A stretch of DNA of 64,000 nt from Camelus ferus (Eukaryota). Below the pieces are notes generated by a model. It was not told where the DNA came from and did not search any database. It saw only the letters and a program-made list of their open reading frames with translations. Both the position numbers and the translations under genes were made by a program. This document shows positions 13,572 to 23,819 of the stretch, one piece after another. How positions within the stretch are numbered: position 1 is the stretch's first letter; the number at the start of each line of letters is the position of its first letter. The stretch lies in assembly GCF_009834535.1 (NCBI RefSeq), contig NC_045697.1, positions 52,020,001-52,084,000 of the forward strand, written 5' to 3'.

Positions 13572-14167
13572 TGATACAGGAAAAACAAATGTGGGGCGAG
13601 AGAAGGGCCATGTCCCAGGTCTTGGATGAGTCCCTGGGATGTGCCCTGCCAAGTGTGGGTCCCTGGCTTCGTTCAGGAAAGAATTCAGGAGTGAGCCACA
13701 GTTGAATAAAGATTTATTTAGAGAGATGCACACTACATAGAGTATAGGCTGTTTCAGAAGGTGAGAGAAAGGCCCCCAGGTGTGGAGTTGCCGTGTTCAG
13801 GTTAAAGTAAAAGTAGATAGCACACTCCATAGACAGATTGTGGGCTGCCTCTGGGCACGAGGGAGCAAGAGTGGCTGTGAGGCGTGGTGGTGCTAGTTTT
13901 TACGGGCTACACTGGGAAGGGGCTGGGATTCCTAGGAATTGGGCCGCTGCCCACTCTTTGAACATTTATGGTTAGGCTCAAAGCTGTCATAGCCTGTGGG
14001 AGTGTCATTTACTATGCTAATATATTACAATGAGTGTATAATGAAGCTCAAGGTCCAGTAGAAGTCAAATCTCCTGCCTACTGGGAGTTGAATCTTCCAC
14101 CATTTTGATGTTAATTGCTGTGTCATTCCTTGAATGGTTGTGCCCTGCCCCCTTCCCTCTTGTCTCA
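13572..14167 (-). mobile_element. ERV1-class solo LTR nested in the outer provirus
   Basis: 596 bp, TG...CA termini (tgatacagg...tgtctca), perfect 4-bp TSD ATAG at 13568-13571 and 14168-14171. Confidence 0.9.
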
Positions 14168-14566
14168 ATAGTATAGAGATTGAAAGCATAAACAATTTGA
14201 AAACAAAGAGGTCAAATTAAAACAATGATCAGTATAACTGGTTGTAATCTAGTCACAATAAAGCATCAAGTCCACAGGCGATCCAGCTGGAGAGGCCGAA
14301 TTCTGGAAGGATCAGGTAGAGAGAAAAAGATGAAGTATACTTTCATAAATGAAGATGAAATATTTATCAACTTGTTGGTCACAGCATAAGAGGCAAGGTT
14401 TTGTTTTTTCTGGGAAATAAAGATTAAAAGCCAGTGTATTTTAGAAAAAGCCATAAAATTATATTTATCAGTTCATTCAGTCCTATGTAATTAATGCCAG
14501 TTGATCTGGATGAAATCTTCAGGTTTTTTATTTGAGTTTGTCATTTCTTACCCAGTTCAGTGATAT

Positions 14567-15144
14567 TGTTACTGAAAAATCAGCCTCTGTAACCCAAAAA
14601 GCAAATTCAAACTTGGAGGCAGAGTTTTGAGAGCAAAGAAAAGAGCAGTTTTACTGCTTTGCCCAGCAAAGGGAGCCACAGCAGGCTCATGCCTTAAAGA
14701 CTGGGAGCCCATCTTGGGGTTGGGGCTTGGTGATTATATAGGCAAACAGGATGGAGCATGTCAGTGATAAGGAACCACAGCGTCTTTTCATCTTGTGTCA
14801 TGGGGACTTTTGCTGATCAGTCACGCAGGTCGTTGCCCAAGGCCTTGGCGTTATCTGGTCTGATCCCTCTGGTGTCACAGGGGCTGGAGGGTCTGGCCAT
14901 TACTTCAGGGTTATTGTTCCATGACCTTTTGGGAAAATAACTTGGTGTAAGTTATTTAGGGTACGGCGTAAATCATAGGGTTAGGGTTGCTAAGCATGTA
15001 GTCATTCAGGCAAATTAAATGATTGATAGGAAGGAGAAAAAGAAGTTAGTCAATTAGAAGTAACTTAAAGGAAACAAGTTAATTAATCACCATAAATTCT
15101 TAAAGCTGCCTTAATGTCAGGGAAGCCAATTTCTGACTCCTTCA
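14567..15144 (-). mobile_element. Solo LTR (U5/R related to 10000-10658) nested in the outer provirus
   Basis: tgttactg...ccttca termini; interrupts the outer internal sequence cccagttcagtgatat|gatctcaaact; flanks ATAT/GGAG do not match. Confidence 0.75.
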
Positions 15145-15248
15145 GGAGGATCTCAAACTAATCAGAAAATTTGTTAGAGTCCATTTTATGAATCTTCTTG
15201 AAGATCTTCACTTTATAAAAGCATAAGAGTAAAACAGTCTGTCTATGA

Positions 15249-15670
15249 CATTGATTGAAGTAAAATCACACAACGTGAGAGCTGTGGGCAAAGTGAGGAC
15301 TGCAGCCCAGGAGACAGCATCCCAGAGAGCTCTGAGAACTGCTCCAAAGAGGTGGGGGAGAACTCTGTATTATATTGCAGTCAAGCACACATCTAGGCAG
15401 AGACTTGCTGCTGGGCATGAGGAGCAGACATCACCATTCATGGTTTCAGTGCTTTTCTAGATATGAGGAGATGCAAGAATTGCGGGTCATAAAATCTTCT
15501 GAAAATACCTATCTGAAGTCCTGTTCAGCCAGTTTTCCCAGAGCACAGAGTGCCTCATTCCTGACCTCGACCCTGAACTCCTTTCAGGGTGTGCTGGAGG
15601 TCAGCGGCTGCAGCCGCTCGTGATTTAATCCACGCGAAGTTAGATGGCAAGTGCCAGTTTTTAGTTAGCA
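15249..15670 (-). repeat. 3' LTR of inner provirus
   Basis: Direct repeat of 22086-22574; ends ttttagttagca; adjacent gggccccctc is the PPT on the minus strand. Confidence 0.9.
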
Positions 15671-15998
15671 GGGCCCCCTCATGGCCATAGATTTGACCAT
15701 AGTTTGGAAGACATCTCATGACCATTTTGTCCCACAGTGCTAGGAATGCTTATTCCTGGGTCAGGCGAGGATTTCATTGACAGGCCACTCAGTGTGCTGT
15801 TACAGGAGTAGGCCTCATTAACAGTAGCAAAAAGTCTCTGGACCACCTGTCTCACTAGTCTGTTATGGTCCAGGAAAATATTCCCTCATGTGGCTTCTTC
15901 CCATGTCTAGACTTGCACTGTAACATCCATTGGTCTCATACGGAAGTATATATCTGGTCTACTGTTTCAATTTGCCTAGTCATTATTTTATCAGAGCC

Positions 15999-16660
15999 TC
16001 AGTCACACATTTGGTAATGCAAGAAACAATTTTGTAAAACAGGCAAAATATAAATAATAGTTAGCAGTATTAGTAAGGTCATAAGTAAGAATTTAAAGCC
16101 AAGAACTTCCATTAGGTATGGCCCAGTGTATCCCCAGGTCATCTGACTTTGCTGTTCTGTACCAAACCTTATCGTTAAAGAAGATGTTATGTAGGCATTG
16201 CTCCTAAGGCACCCAGCCAAATTTCCTAGTGTTATTAGGTTGGTTATCCTTGGCATAGTTTGATTTTTCCCAACATAAATTTGAATGACCATAACCTGGT
16301 GTTAACCATATAGGTCCTTCCCATAAAGGAGGGAACTTACATATTCTTTGGCTGAAACGCTTGTTGCCTTGAATGGGCTTGGGTACCTTATAAGAAAATT
16401 CATATTTATGGCCAGGGTCAGGGCAGGTATTATTAATTGGCCAGGTGAGGGGATTCCACCTGGTAATATTAATATTTCTTTCTTCTAGAATAAATTTTCT
16501 AAGGACTGTCTAGTTAGAACCTTAGAGTGGGGAAGCCTACAAAGGTAACCCAGAAGTACTGGGTATGGGTAACTGACCATAAACCTAACAATTGGATTAA
16601 CTTTAACTCTACATAAGGTTGTGAAATACACTTAGTTCATAAGTGAAAGTGTGAGCAGTT
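15999..16660 (-). pseudogene. env: Internally deleted env remnant (SU N-terminus plus membrane-anchor region)
   Basis: Minus frame reads SNC*VYGQLPIPSTSGLPL*ASPL*GSN* (decayed CWVC CxxC motif of gamma-type SU, about 16510-16596); ORF 15999-16292 ends in a hydrophobic run VLGFKFLLMTLLILLTIIYILPVL. Confidence 0.7.
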
Positions 16661-16819
16661 ATCAAAGTAATTGGTGTACAGGCCTGGTCTGGTGTCTTGG
16701 GTCAGCTGTCTACTTCAGATGTCGTCTTCTCATCCTGGTCTGGTAGCTCCTACTTTGAGCATTGTTTTAAGGTGATTTTAAGGTCTGCAGTCCTCTCTAT
16801 AGGCTGGTCCATTGCAAAG

Positions 16820-17060
16820 GCCCTTTGTAAGTGGGAATATTAACCCAAGAGTTAATTCCCTTCAGTGTATTGTGCATGAACTAGTTAAGAGTACCTGACA
16901 AAGGTCCTTCCATCTTGGTTCGAGATAGTCCTTAAATTGTCTTTTCCGGTATGCGTAATCTCCTGGTTACAGGTCACGGGGCATCAGCTCTTCATCCAAA
17001 GACTTAGAGTGTCCTTTTAATAATTCAATTAAACTTTGCAATATTATAACAACAAGGAAC
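16820..17060 (-). pseudogene. pol: Integrase C-terminal (GPY/F module) remnant
   Basis: Minus translation DL*PGDYAYRKRQFKDYLEPRWK..QVLLT...LKGINSWVNI matches the ERV1 pattern LQPGDxVYWK..LxPRWKGPYQVLLT..KLxGxxSWIH. Confidence 0.8.
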
Positions 17061-19719
17061 TATCTGGGAAGTGAGTCTTAGGATATAAATACAGACCTCC
17101 ATTAACAAAACTAGAATTTAATATCCACTGAAACATAATCTTTTCCTCTCTAAAGTTACCCTCATTTTTATCAAATATAGCCAAATCAAGATTAATCTGT
17201 CTGCAAATTAAGTCTGATTATTTGATCATACAGGCTTTTTAAATTGGCTGTGCCAGAACTTTTCATAAGGGTTGCCTAGGGCCAGGAAAGCCAGGTCAAG
17301 GATTTGTGACAGATTTTGCCTTACAGATTTAGGTGAATTCTTCTTTTTTTAAGATCCCCAAAATACCTTGAGATTCCTATACCTGCTAGGAGATGGTCTT
17401 CCTAATTTATCTGATAAAGCCACTGGGGAGCCTAAGAGTTTCCCATCTCTGGAGGGATCAGATAGAAAAGGTAACTGTTCTAAGTCTGCTTATGTAGGTA
17501 TAATTTACCAAATTGCTTAAGGAGAAGGGTTTCTTTATATCTGGAAAATAGATTAAAAGCTAGTAATATTTTGGACAGGAAGCATAAAAATCATAACCAT
17601 TTATTCACCAGTTCACTCAGTCCTATGTAACTAATCCTTTTTGTTAATGGTTTTATGAAACCATCAGGTTTTCCATTAGAATTTTTAAATTTCGTACCCA
17701 GTTCAACATTATAGTCTGAAAGTTATCAGAAACCTTTACGTATCAAAGAAGTCTTTCTGTAAACCTTCTTGAAGAGGAGGCATTTTGCAATGGCATCAGA
17801 GTAAGCCATAACTATCTATAGAATGGTAAAAAACTTAAGGCACAGTTTTAAAACCTTATTATAATGCAGCTGACAAGAAACTTAAGTACTGCTGTAATGT
17901 ACAACATTTTAAGATAACTAGAATTATGGTTGGTAGCATTTTATCAGGATATACCAGATTTTTAAAAAAAATTCCATATAATTTCTAGAATATCTACATT
18001 ATTAATATTTTTCCTAATACAACCTAAGACAATTACTTATTTGACAGTACTTCCCATGAAATTTAACATTCCAAATGAACACAATTAGTTTAATATCTCT
18101 TTTGGGGATGTTTCGGGGCCCTCTGAAGCATCCCAAAGTTAGCCAGAGGTCAAAGAAACTTCATTAAAATTTGATTTGGGAATTTTGTCAAAAAATATCG
18201 AAGTTTTAAGACATTTGATCAGATAGGATCATAGGTCACTGTGAAACAATACTTACTCACTTAACCAAAGTGATAATAAAACATTTCAAAGGCAAATATG
18301 GAAATGTATAACAGATTTATGATTGAAGGTAAAAGAAACTTTATACTCTCATCAAAAATAGGTCAACATTTTAAGAAAAATGTCCAAGAAAAATTAAATT
18401 CAAGTTTTGTATCAGCTTACTTTTAACAGCCAAATCCATTTACTTATTTAAATTAAACCTAAATTAACCAATCCTGATCATGCACAAAGCTCTTTTCTTA
18501 GGGTTCCTTTTCCACAAACTTTTCATCATTTTCTGTATCCATATTAGTTTGCCCCTTATATATTTTTTCATCCAGAAACAACCAGCTATAGGAAAAACCT
18601 ACATTTATTTTCACTTAAAATGCAATTCCATTCTTCTTTGCTGAATCATATATCTACTTTCCTGCTGTATACCAAAATATTTCCTTTATTTTCCCCAGTA
18701 ACTTTGATTAAATTTTTAAAATAGAATCCTCAACTTTTAAAAACCTCAATTTCTATTAAACTAAGAAGCAATTATGAATTGTCTTTTACATTAGTATTCT
18801 GAAGATTGGCAAACAAATATCAATAATAATTTCTAAAAAACCATGTGCTTTCTTATAGAAAATATCTCATTTTGGCACTAAAAATATTTGTTAGCAGTAC
18901 TAAATACCTTTAGTTTCTCTGCAAAAGGAAGCCGATATTCAGTAATTAATGTTTCAGTATTTTACTATAGTTGAGGATGACCTAGCTATTCAATAAACTT
19001 TCATCATTTAACTTAATTTAGCACAACTCAAAATTTTAAGTTACCAAATATCTGGAGAAATTATCTTTAAGTAGACATTTCTAAAATATATTACTCCTAA
19101 AGAATTCATCCAAAGGCTCTTACCTCATCTGCATTCAATTTATTTTTAAAAAATTTACCATACCAAGTTATTTTTCTTGCTGACAAGAAAGGTATTATAC
19201 TTAATGTTGATGACTTTAAAGACATGCCTATATTAATTAAATCAGTAAACTTTAATACCAGGCATTAATATTGAATATTTGACTGTTCATGTGAACCTGA
19301 AATTCATTCTGGCCAGTTTTCTTTTATATTTCTGAGAATTTATATAAGCGCTTAATTTCCTTTAGGCCAATTAAGTAGAGCTCAATTACAAATTAATTTT
19401 GATAATACCATCCAAAGGTAAAGACACATGTAATATACATATAGACATACAGACAACCACCAGGTATGTTTCATTTTCTAAACTTGTCGTGAATCAGGTA
19501 TGACAATATAAAACTCACTAGTTTTAACAGTTGAAACAAACTAAATTTAAAAGGCTTTGTTTCCTTTACCCCCTCCTTTTTTTTTTCTTTCCTACAATCT
19601 CAGGAATTAGAGATGGTCTAGATAAGATAAATGGTCCTGAGAGCCTGGTGTTAAAGCACAGGGAGAGAAAAGCAAGTTTTCCTAGAAGGACTTGTTCCCT
19701 TAGTGTCAGAATTCTGAGA

Positions 19720-20390
19720 TTTTCTAGGTCTTCTTTAGTGTCTGGGAGAAGTAAGTGGGGCTTTCAGTATAACCCTGTGGGATTACAGTCCACATATATT
19801 ACCTCTCATTCCAGGTAAAGGCAAAAAAACTCTAATCATCTGGATGTACAGGAATACTAGGAAAAAAAAAAGTGCTCCAGAGCTCTATCACAGAAAAGTC
19901 ACCATTTTTAGGAATATGGACAGTAAGGTATGGGGGTTTGGCACTACAGAATGATAAGGAGTATTTTAATGGGTGATGCAGAATGTATTCATTCTTCCAA
20001 TGTCAGTAGAATCAAGTGCCCATAATTCTTTAGGTATTAAGCCTAGCAATTTGTCTTGTTCAGTGTCATCCTCATCATGGGTCACAAACATTATGTGACA
20101 TTTCTCCCTTAAGAGTAAAGGAAATATGGACTTCATAAGTTTCCAACAGATCTTGGCCTATCAGGTGAATAGGGGCATTTTCTACTAGAAAAAAAAGGAA
20201 GTGCCTTTATGTTCCCCTAAGTAGCATTCTAAGGTAATGATTTAAAAGCCTTAATAGGAGCCCCTACCATCTGCACTGAGGAATTACTCTGAAGGAGGGG
20301 TCCTTTAATTGTTTCTCCTTGCATAATCATTTCTATGTCCAGGGTGTTAGGGGAAGTGGAAAGCCTCCCCATGTTCCCCTGCAGCAGCCC
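19720..20390 (-). pseudogene. pol: Protease and partial reverse transcriptase remnants
   Basis: ENAPIHLIGQDLL (protease C-terminal LLGRDLL motif, about 20145-20190); IPKELWALDSTDIGR; RT motif A FSVIELWSTFF.SIPVHPD and motif B FAFTW..YMWTVIPQGYTESPTYFSQ (about 19735-19905). I see no YxDD motif. Confidence 0.85.
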
Positions 20391-21674
20391 TGTTCTTGTT
20401 TAACTCATAATTCTGGTCTAAAATCCAGCTTTCCTTCTAGGCTTCTCCTTCTTAACTTACCATTTATTTTTTGATACTCTGGTTTTCTGCAGTAAAAGTA
20501 ACTTTGAATGGGGATGGGTCAGCCTTTGACTGGCACTGAGTACTTAATTAGCACAATAACCCCTTTTCTTTCTTTTTAATAGTCTTAAAAGTTGATCGGC
20601 CAGTGTAACAAGGCCATTTATAGGTAATGAGGACCAAGCTAGATTGTTGTTTGACAGCAGTAGTCAATTCTTTATCTAAGCCTTCTCAAAAGGCAGAGTT
20701 AAAGGATCATTTTGGTAATTAGAGAATGATTGAGGTGTCAAGCCAGAATATTAAGTTTTTGGGTTTTTTTTAAACCTTTCATAATAGTCTGGAATTGGTT
20801 CATCAGGTCTTTGCTCGCACTGCTAAATCTCTGTCCAGTCTACAGTTTTTAGAAAAAGCTCTGGGATAAATTTGAGCAATTTTTCAGTTAATTCTTTGCA
20901 TTCAGTGCAAGCCTGTGGACTATGTAATTCAAAGTCCATTAGAGGTCATTTCAACCTGCTTTCTCTGCCCATTCCCTTGGTTTGCTTTCAGAATCTAATC
21001 GATACAGATCTGAAAACCCAGGGTTGTAGGTTTGGATGGTTAACGCAAACTCCTTAGCAAATCCCAGTGGATCCTGATTTGGATTGGGAAATTCCTTGGC
21101 CAAGGCTCTAAGTTCTGCTCATGTCCTAGGTTTATACATAAGCACCGAGGACGGTTCACCTCTCCCTGTAATAGATTTTTCCTTAAGGAGAACTATAACC
21201 ACCAGATTTTTTAATCCTCCTTTACCAGGGAAGAGGGAACAGCAGGAGGTGGGAAAGACAGAAGAGAAAGAGTGGACCAGGCAATTCAGATAGAAGGATA
21301 CATAGAGGAGCAGAGGGAGAGACAGTGTCAGTGCCAGTGGCTTTTTTTAGTTCTGATATAGTTTCAAGCAATTCTTTGTTGGTTTCCTGCAAAGAAGTTA
21401 CTTTATCATTTCTTTTAGAAGCTTCTAAATACCAATCAGTCTGTTTGATGTTAGGGCCAGCTTTTTCTAACTATGCACGCAAAAAATATTAGTTTTGAAA
21501 TGTCAAAAGAACCCCAATTTGGCCATTGTAGATTGAGATTTCCTTTAGTATAATTTCCCCAATTAATTAGGTGCTTGCAAGCATGAGCTCTGTACTTGAA
21601 TCTTGGCTGGGGTGTTAGCTGGAGGTTGGTTTTCGGACGCCCTTCATTTCTCTTTTTGAAAGACTATTTCTCAT
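20390..21674 (-). pseudogene. gag: gag remnant (MA, CA with MHR, decayed zinc knuckle)
   Basis: LQWPNWGSFD (MA); T*AELRALAKEFPNPNQDPLGFAKEF (CA start); VDWTEI*QCEQRPDEPIPDYYERF (MHR, about 20772-20845); YFYCRKPEY (decayed CCHC); multiple stops and frameshifts. Confidence 0.85.
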
Positions 21675-22061
21675 TTTAAAGTTGAATTTGTCAGGGATAA
21701 AATTTCACTTCTTTCCTGACAAAGTCTATTGAGGTAGCCAACTTGAGGGAAAGCGTCAGCTCCGCCTCTTAGCTGACCACTCAGTCCAGGCCCTGGTATC
21801 TTTCAACCGGGCCCCACCGAGGACATCCTCTCTAGGTGGGTATTTCCCCCCAGTATCTCTCAACTGCAGGGCCAGGTACCTAGATACACCACCAAATAAA
21901 ACTCAGGATTATCAACCAATCTGGGAGATCTGAGAACCAGGAGAGACTCACCCAAATTTGTCAGGACTCCCCGAGGAGGCAGATGGGCACAAAGGGCCTC
22001 TGCTGGTACCAAGTCTCCGGTTCCTCATAGAGTTCAGGCGAAGGAGAGAAGTCTGCTCTGG

Positions 22062-22081
22062 GTCCCTTTGTGGGGTTGCCA
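22062..22081 (-). promoter_or_regulatory. Primer binding site, tRNA-Arg type
   Basis: Minus strand TGGCAACCCCACAAAGGGAC, 4 nt from the 5' LTR end, versus TGGCGACCACGAAGGGAC (complement of the tRNA-Arg-TCG 3' end). The differences are two CpG-type changes and a 2-nt insertion. Confidence 0.75.
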
Positions 22082-22085
22082 AAAC

Positions 22086-22574
22086 TGTCAACTGAAATAA
22101 AATCACACAACGTGAAAGTTGTGGGCTAAGTTTTATTGGGGGCAAAGTGAGGACGACAGCCCAGGAGACAGCATCCCAGAGAGCTTTGGGAAACTGTTCC
22201 AAAGAGACAGGAGGAGAACTCAGTATTATGTATATGACTTCAGTGAAGGGGGTGCGTGCAGTCAAGCACACATTTAGGCAGGGGCTTGCTGCTGGTCACG
22301 AGGAGCAGATGTCACTGTGAATGATTTTAGTGCTTTTCTAGATATGAAGAGATGCAAGAATTGGGGTCATAAAATCTTCTCCTGAAAATATCTAAAGGCC
22401 TATTCAGGCAGTTTTCCTGGAGCACAGAGTGCTTCATTCCTGACCTCCATCCTGAATGCTTTTCAGGATGTGTTTGGAGGTCAGCGGCTGCAGTGGCTCA
22501 TGATTTAGATGGCAAGTGCCAACATGATCCAATCCTTATAGAGGCAGATGGTGAGTGCTAATTTTTAGTTAGCA
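22086..22574 (-). repeat. 5' LTR of inner provirus
   Basis: TG..CA termini, minus-strand AATAAA at 22132-22137, adjacent PBS. Confidence 0.9.
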
Positions 22575-23044
22575 GTGACAACAGACTTGAAATGGTATGG
22601 TTAAAGATCTGATTACAATGCAGTTGACAAGAAACTTGGACAGTTCTGTGACATACAACACTTTAAGAGAACATTATACCAGGGCATATCAGGTTTTTAG
22701 GCATTCCATATAAATTTTGGAGTATCTATAATTTAACATACCAAACAAGCCTAATTCATATAAAATTCCTCTCTGGGATGCCTTGGGATTTCTTTGAAGC
22801 ATCCTAGAGTTAGCTGGAGGTCAAAGAACTTAAATTAGAATTTGATATTTGGGAACGTCTATGAAAAATATCAAAAAGGTTTCAAAACTTGTCATAGGTC
22901 ACCATGAAACAATATGTATTCACTTAACCAAAGTGACAAAAGATTTCAAGAACAAATACAGACCACTTAAAGGCAAAGAAACTCACACAATCTGTTGTAA
23001 AAAGCAGAATTTCAAGAAAAGCTTGCTCTCCCATTTGTCTTAAG

Positions 23045-23355
23045 TACTGTCCCCCCAAATCAATTCATGTTTTCACTCTTTCACTTCATTGGTTTCTGCT
23101 AAAGTGTCGTTAGCAGAGAAGCCTTCCCTGGTCACCTAGTATACAGTGTCCTTTCATTTTCAATCATTCTCTTTATACCCACTTTTCTAATGTAATGGTT
23201 CCTATCTGGTATGTTTTAATGTAAGTAAATATCTGTCATTTGTCTCTCATGAAAATGTAAGCACCATAGAACAACTTGTCTTCTTCTTGCCTATTCAACT
23301 ATAGCCAAGCACCTGGTAGCTACTGGGTAATTAGTTGGAAATAAATGAATAGGTG
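23045..23355 (+). mobile_element. LINE-2 3' fragment
   Basis: cagagaagccttccctggtcaccta, aaatgtaagcaccataga, agcacctgg and a tgaat-type tail. Confidence 0.65.
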
Positions 23356-23527
23356 AAACAACTAAATCTTTAAAAAATGTTTTCTTCACTGTGTAAACAC
23401 AAGTGAAAAATATATATAAAATTATTTTTATAAATAGTTCAGAGGTAGACAGGCAAGGAATTATTTTTTATATCAACTCTGGAAGAACTATTTTCAATCC
23501 ATAACTCAAAGAGTAAGTAGTTCATAA

Positions 23528-23596
23528 TGTCAACTGAAATGAATGCACAACCTAAAAGCTGAGTTATTTGGCAGACATTTCTGAGGACTCAAACCC
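23528..23596 (-). mobile_element. Short U5-end fragment of a MER41-like LTR
   Basis: tgtcaactgaaatgaatgcacaacctaaaag...gaggactcaaaccc aligns to the first ~75 bp of the LTR at 12735. Confidence 0.7.
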
Positions 23597-23819
23597 CTGC
23601 TGAATAACTAATATTCAGATTAAAAATATGAATTAGTTCTAAGTTGATGTGCTTCACAATGAAATAGGGAAACCTAATAATATATTCTATACCATTCTTT
23701 TTAAAATGTCTTCACTTGGTATACTTTACACAGCACAAAATAAGTGGAAATTTGTAAATTATACTTTCTTCTACTTAAACAGTCGTCAACCTTAGCAACA
23801 CAAGCAGTAAGACCATCTG

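Larger units (their letters stand above)
15249..22574 (-). mobile_element. Inner two-LTR defective ERV1 provirus (MER41-like, MER4 group), 7.3 kb
   Basis: Paired LTRs at 15249-15670 and 22086-22574, PBS, PPT-like gaggggg next to the 3' LTR, gag-pro-RT-(AT-rich spacer)-IN-env remnants in order, and flanks atga/gtga. Confidence 0.92.
13174..23030 (-). mobile_element. Outer MER41/MER4-group ERV internal region, fragmented (13174-13571, 14168-14566, 15149-15248, 22575-23030)
   Basis: Pieces are collinear with the inner provirus (about 13174-13500 with 15671-16030; 14410-14560 with 17545-17705; 22575-23030 with 17820-18390) and rejoin across the three insertions. The 5' half and 5' LTR are missing. 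Confidence 0.8.

Noticed and set aside
21948..22271. 107-aa ORF spanning the 5' LTR and PBS
   Set aside because: It runs through LTR R/U5, PBS and leader, with no retroviral protein motif; a chance ORF.
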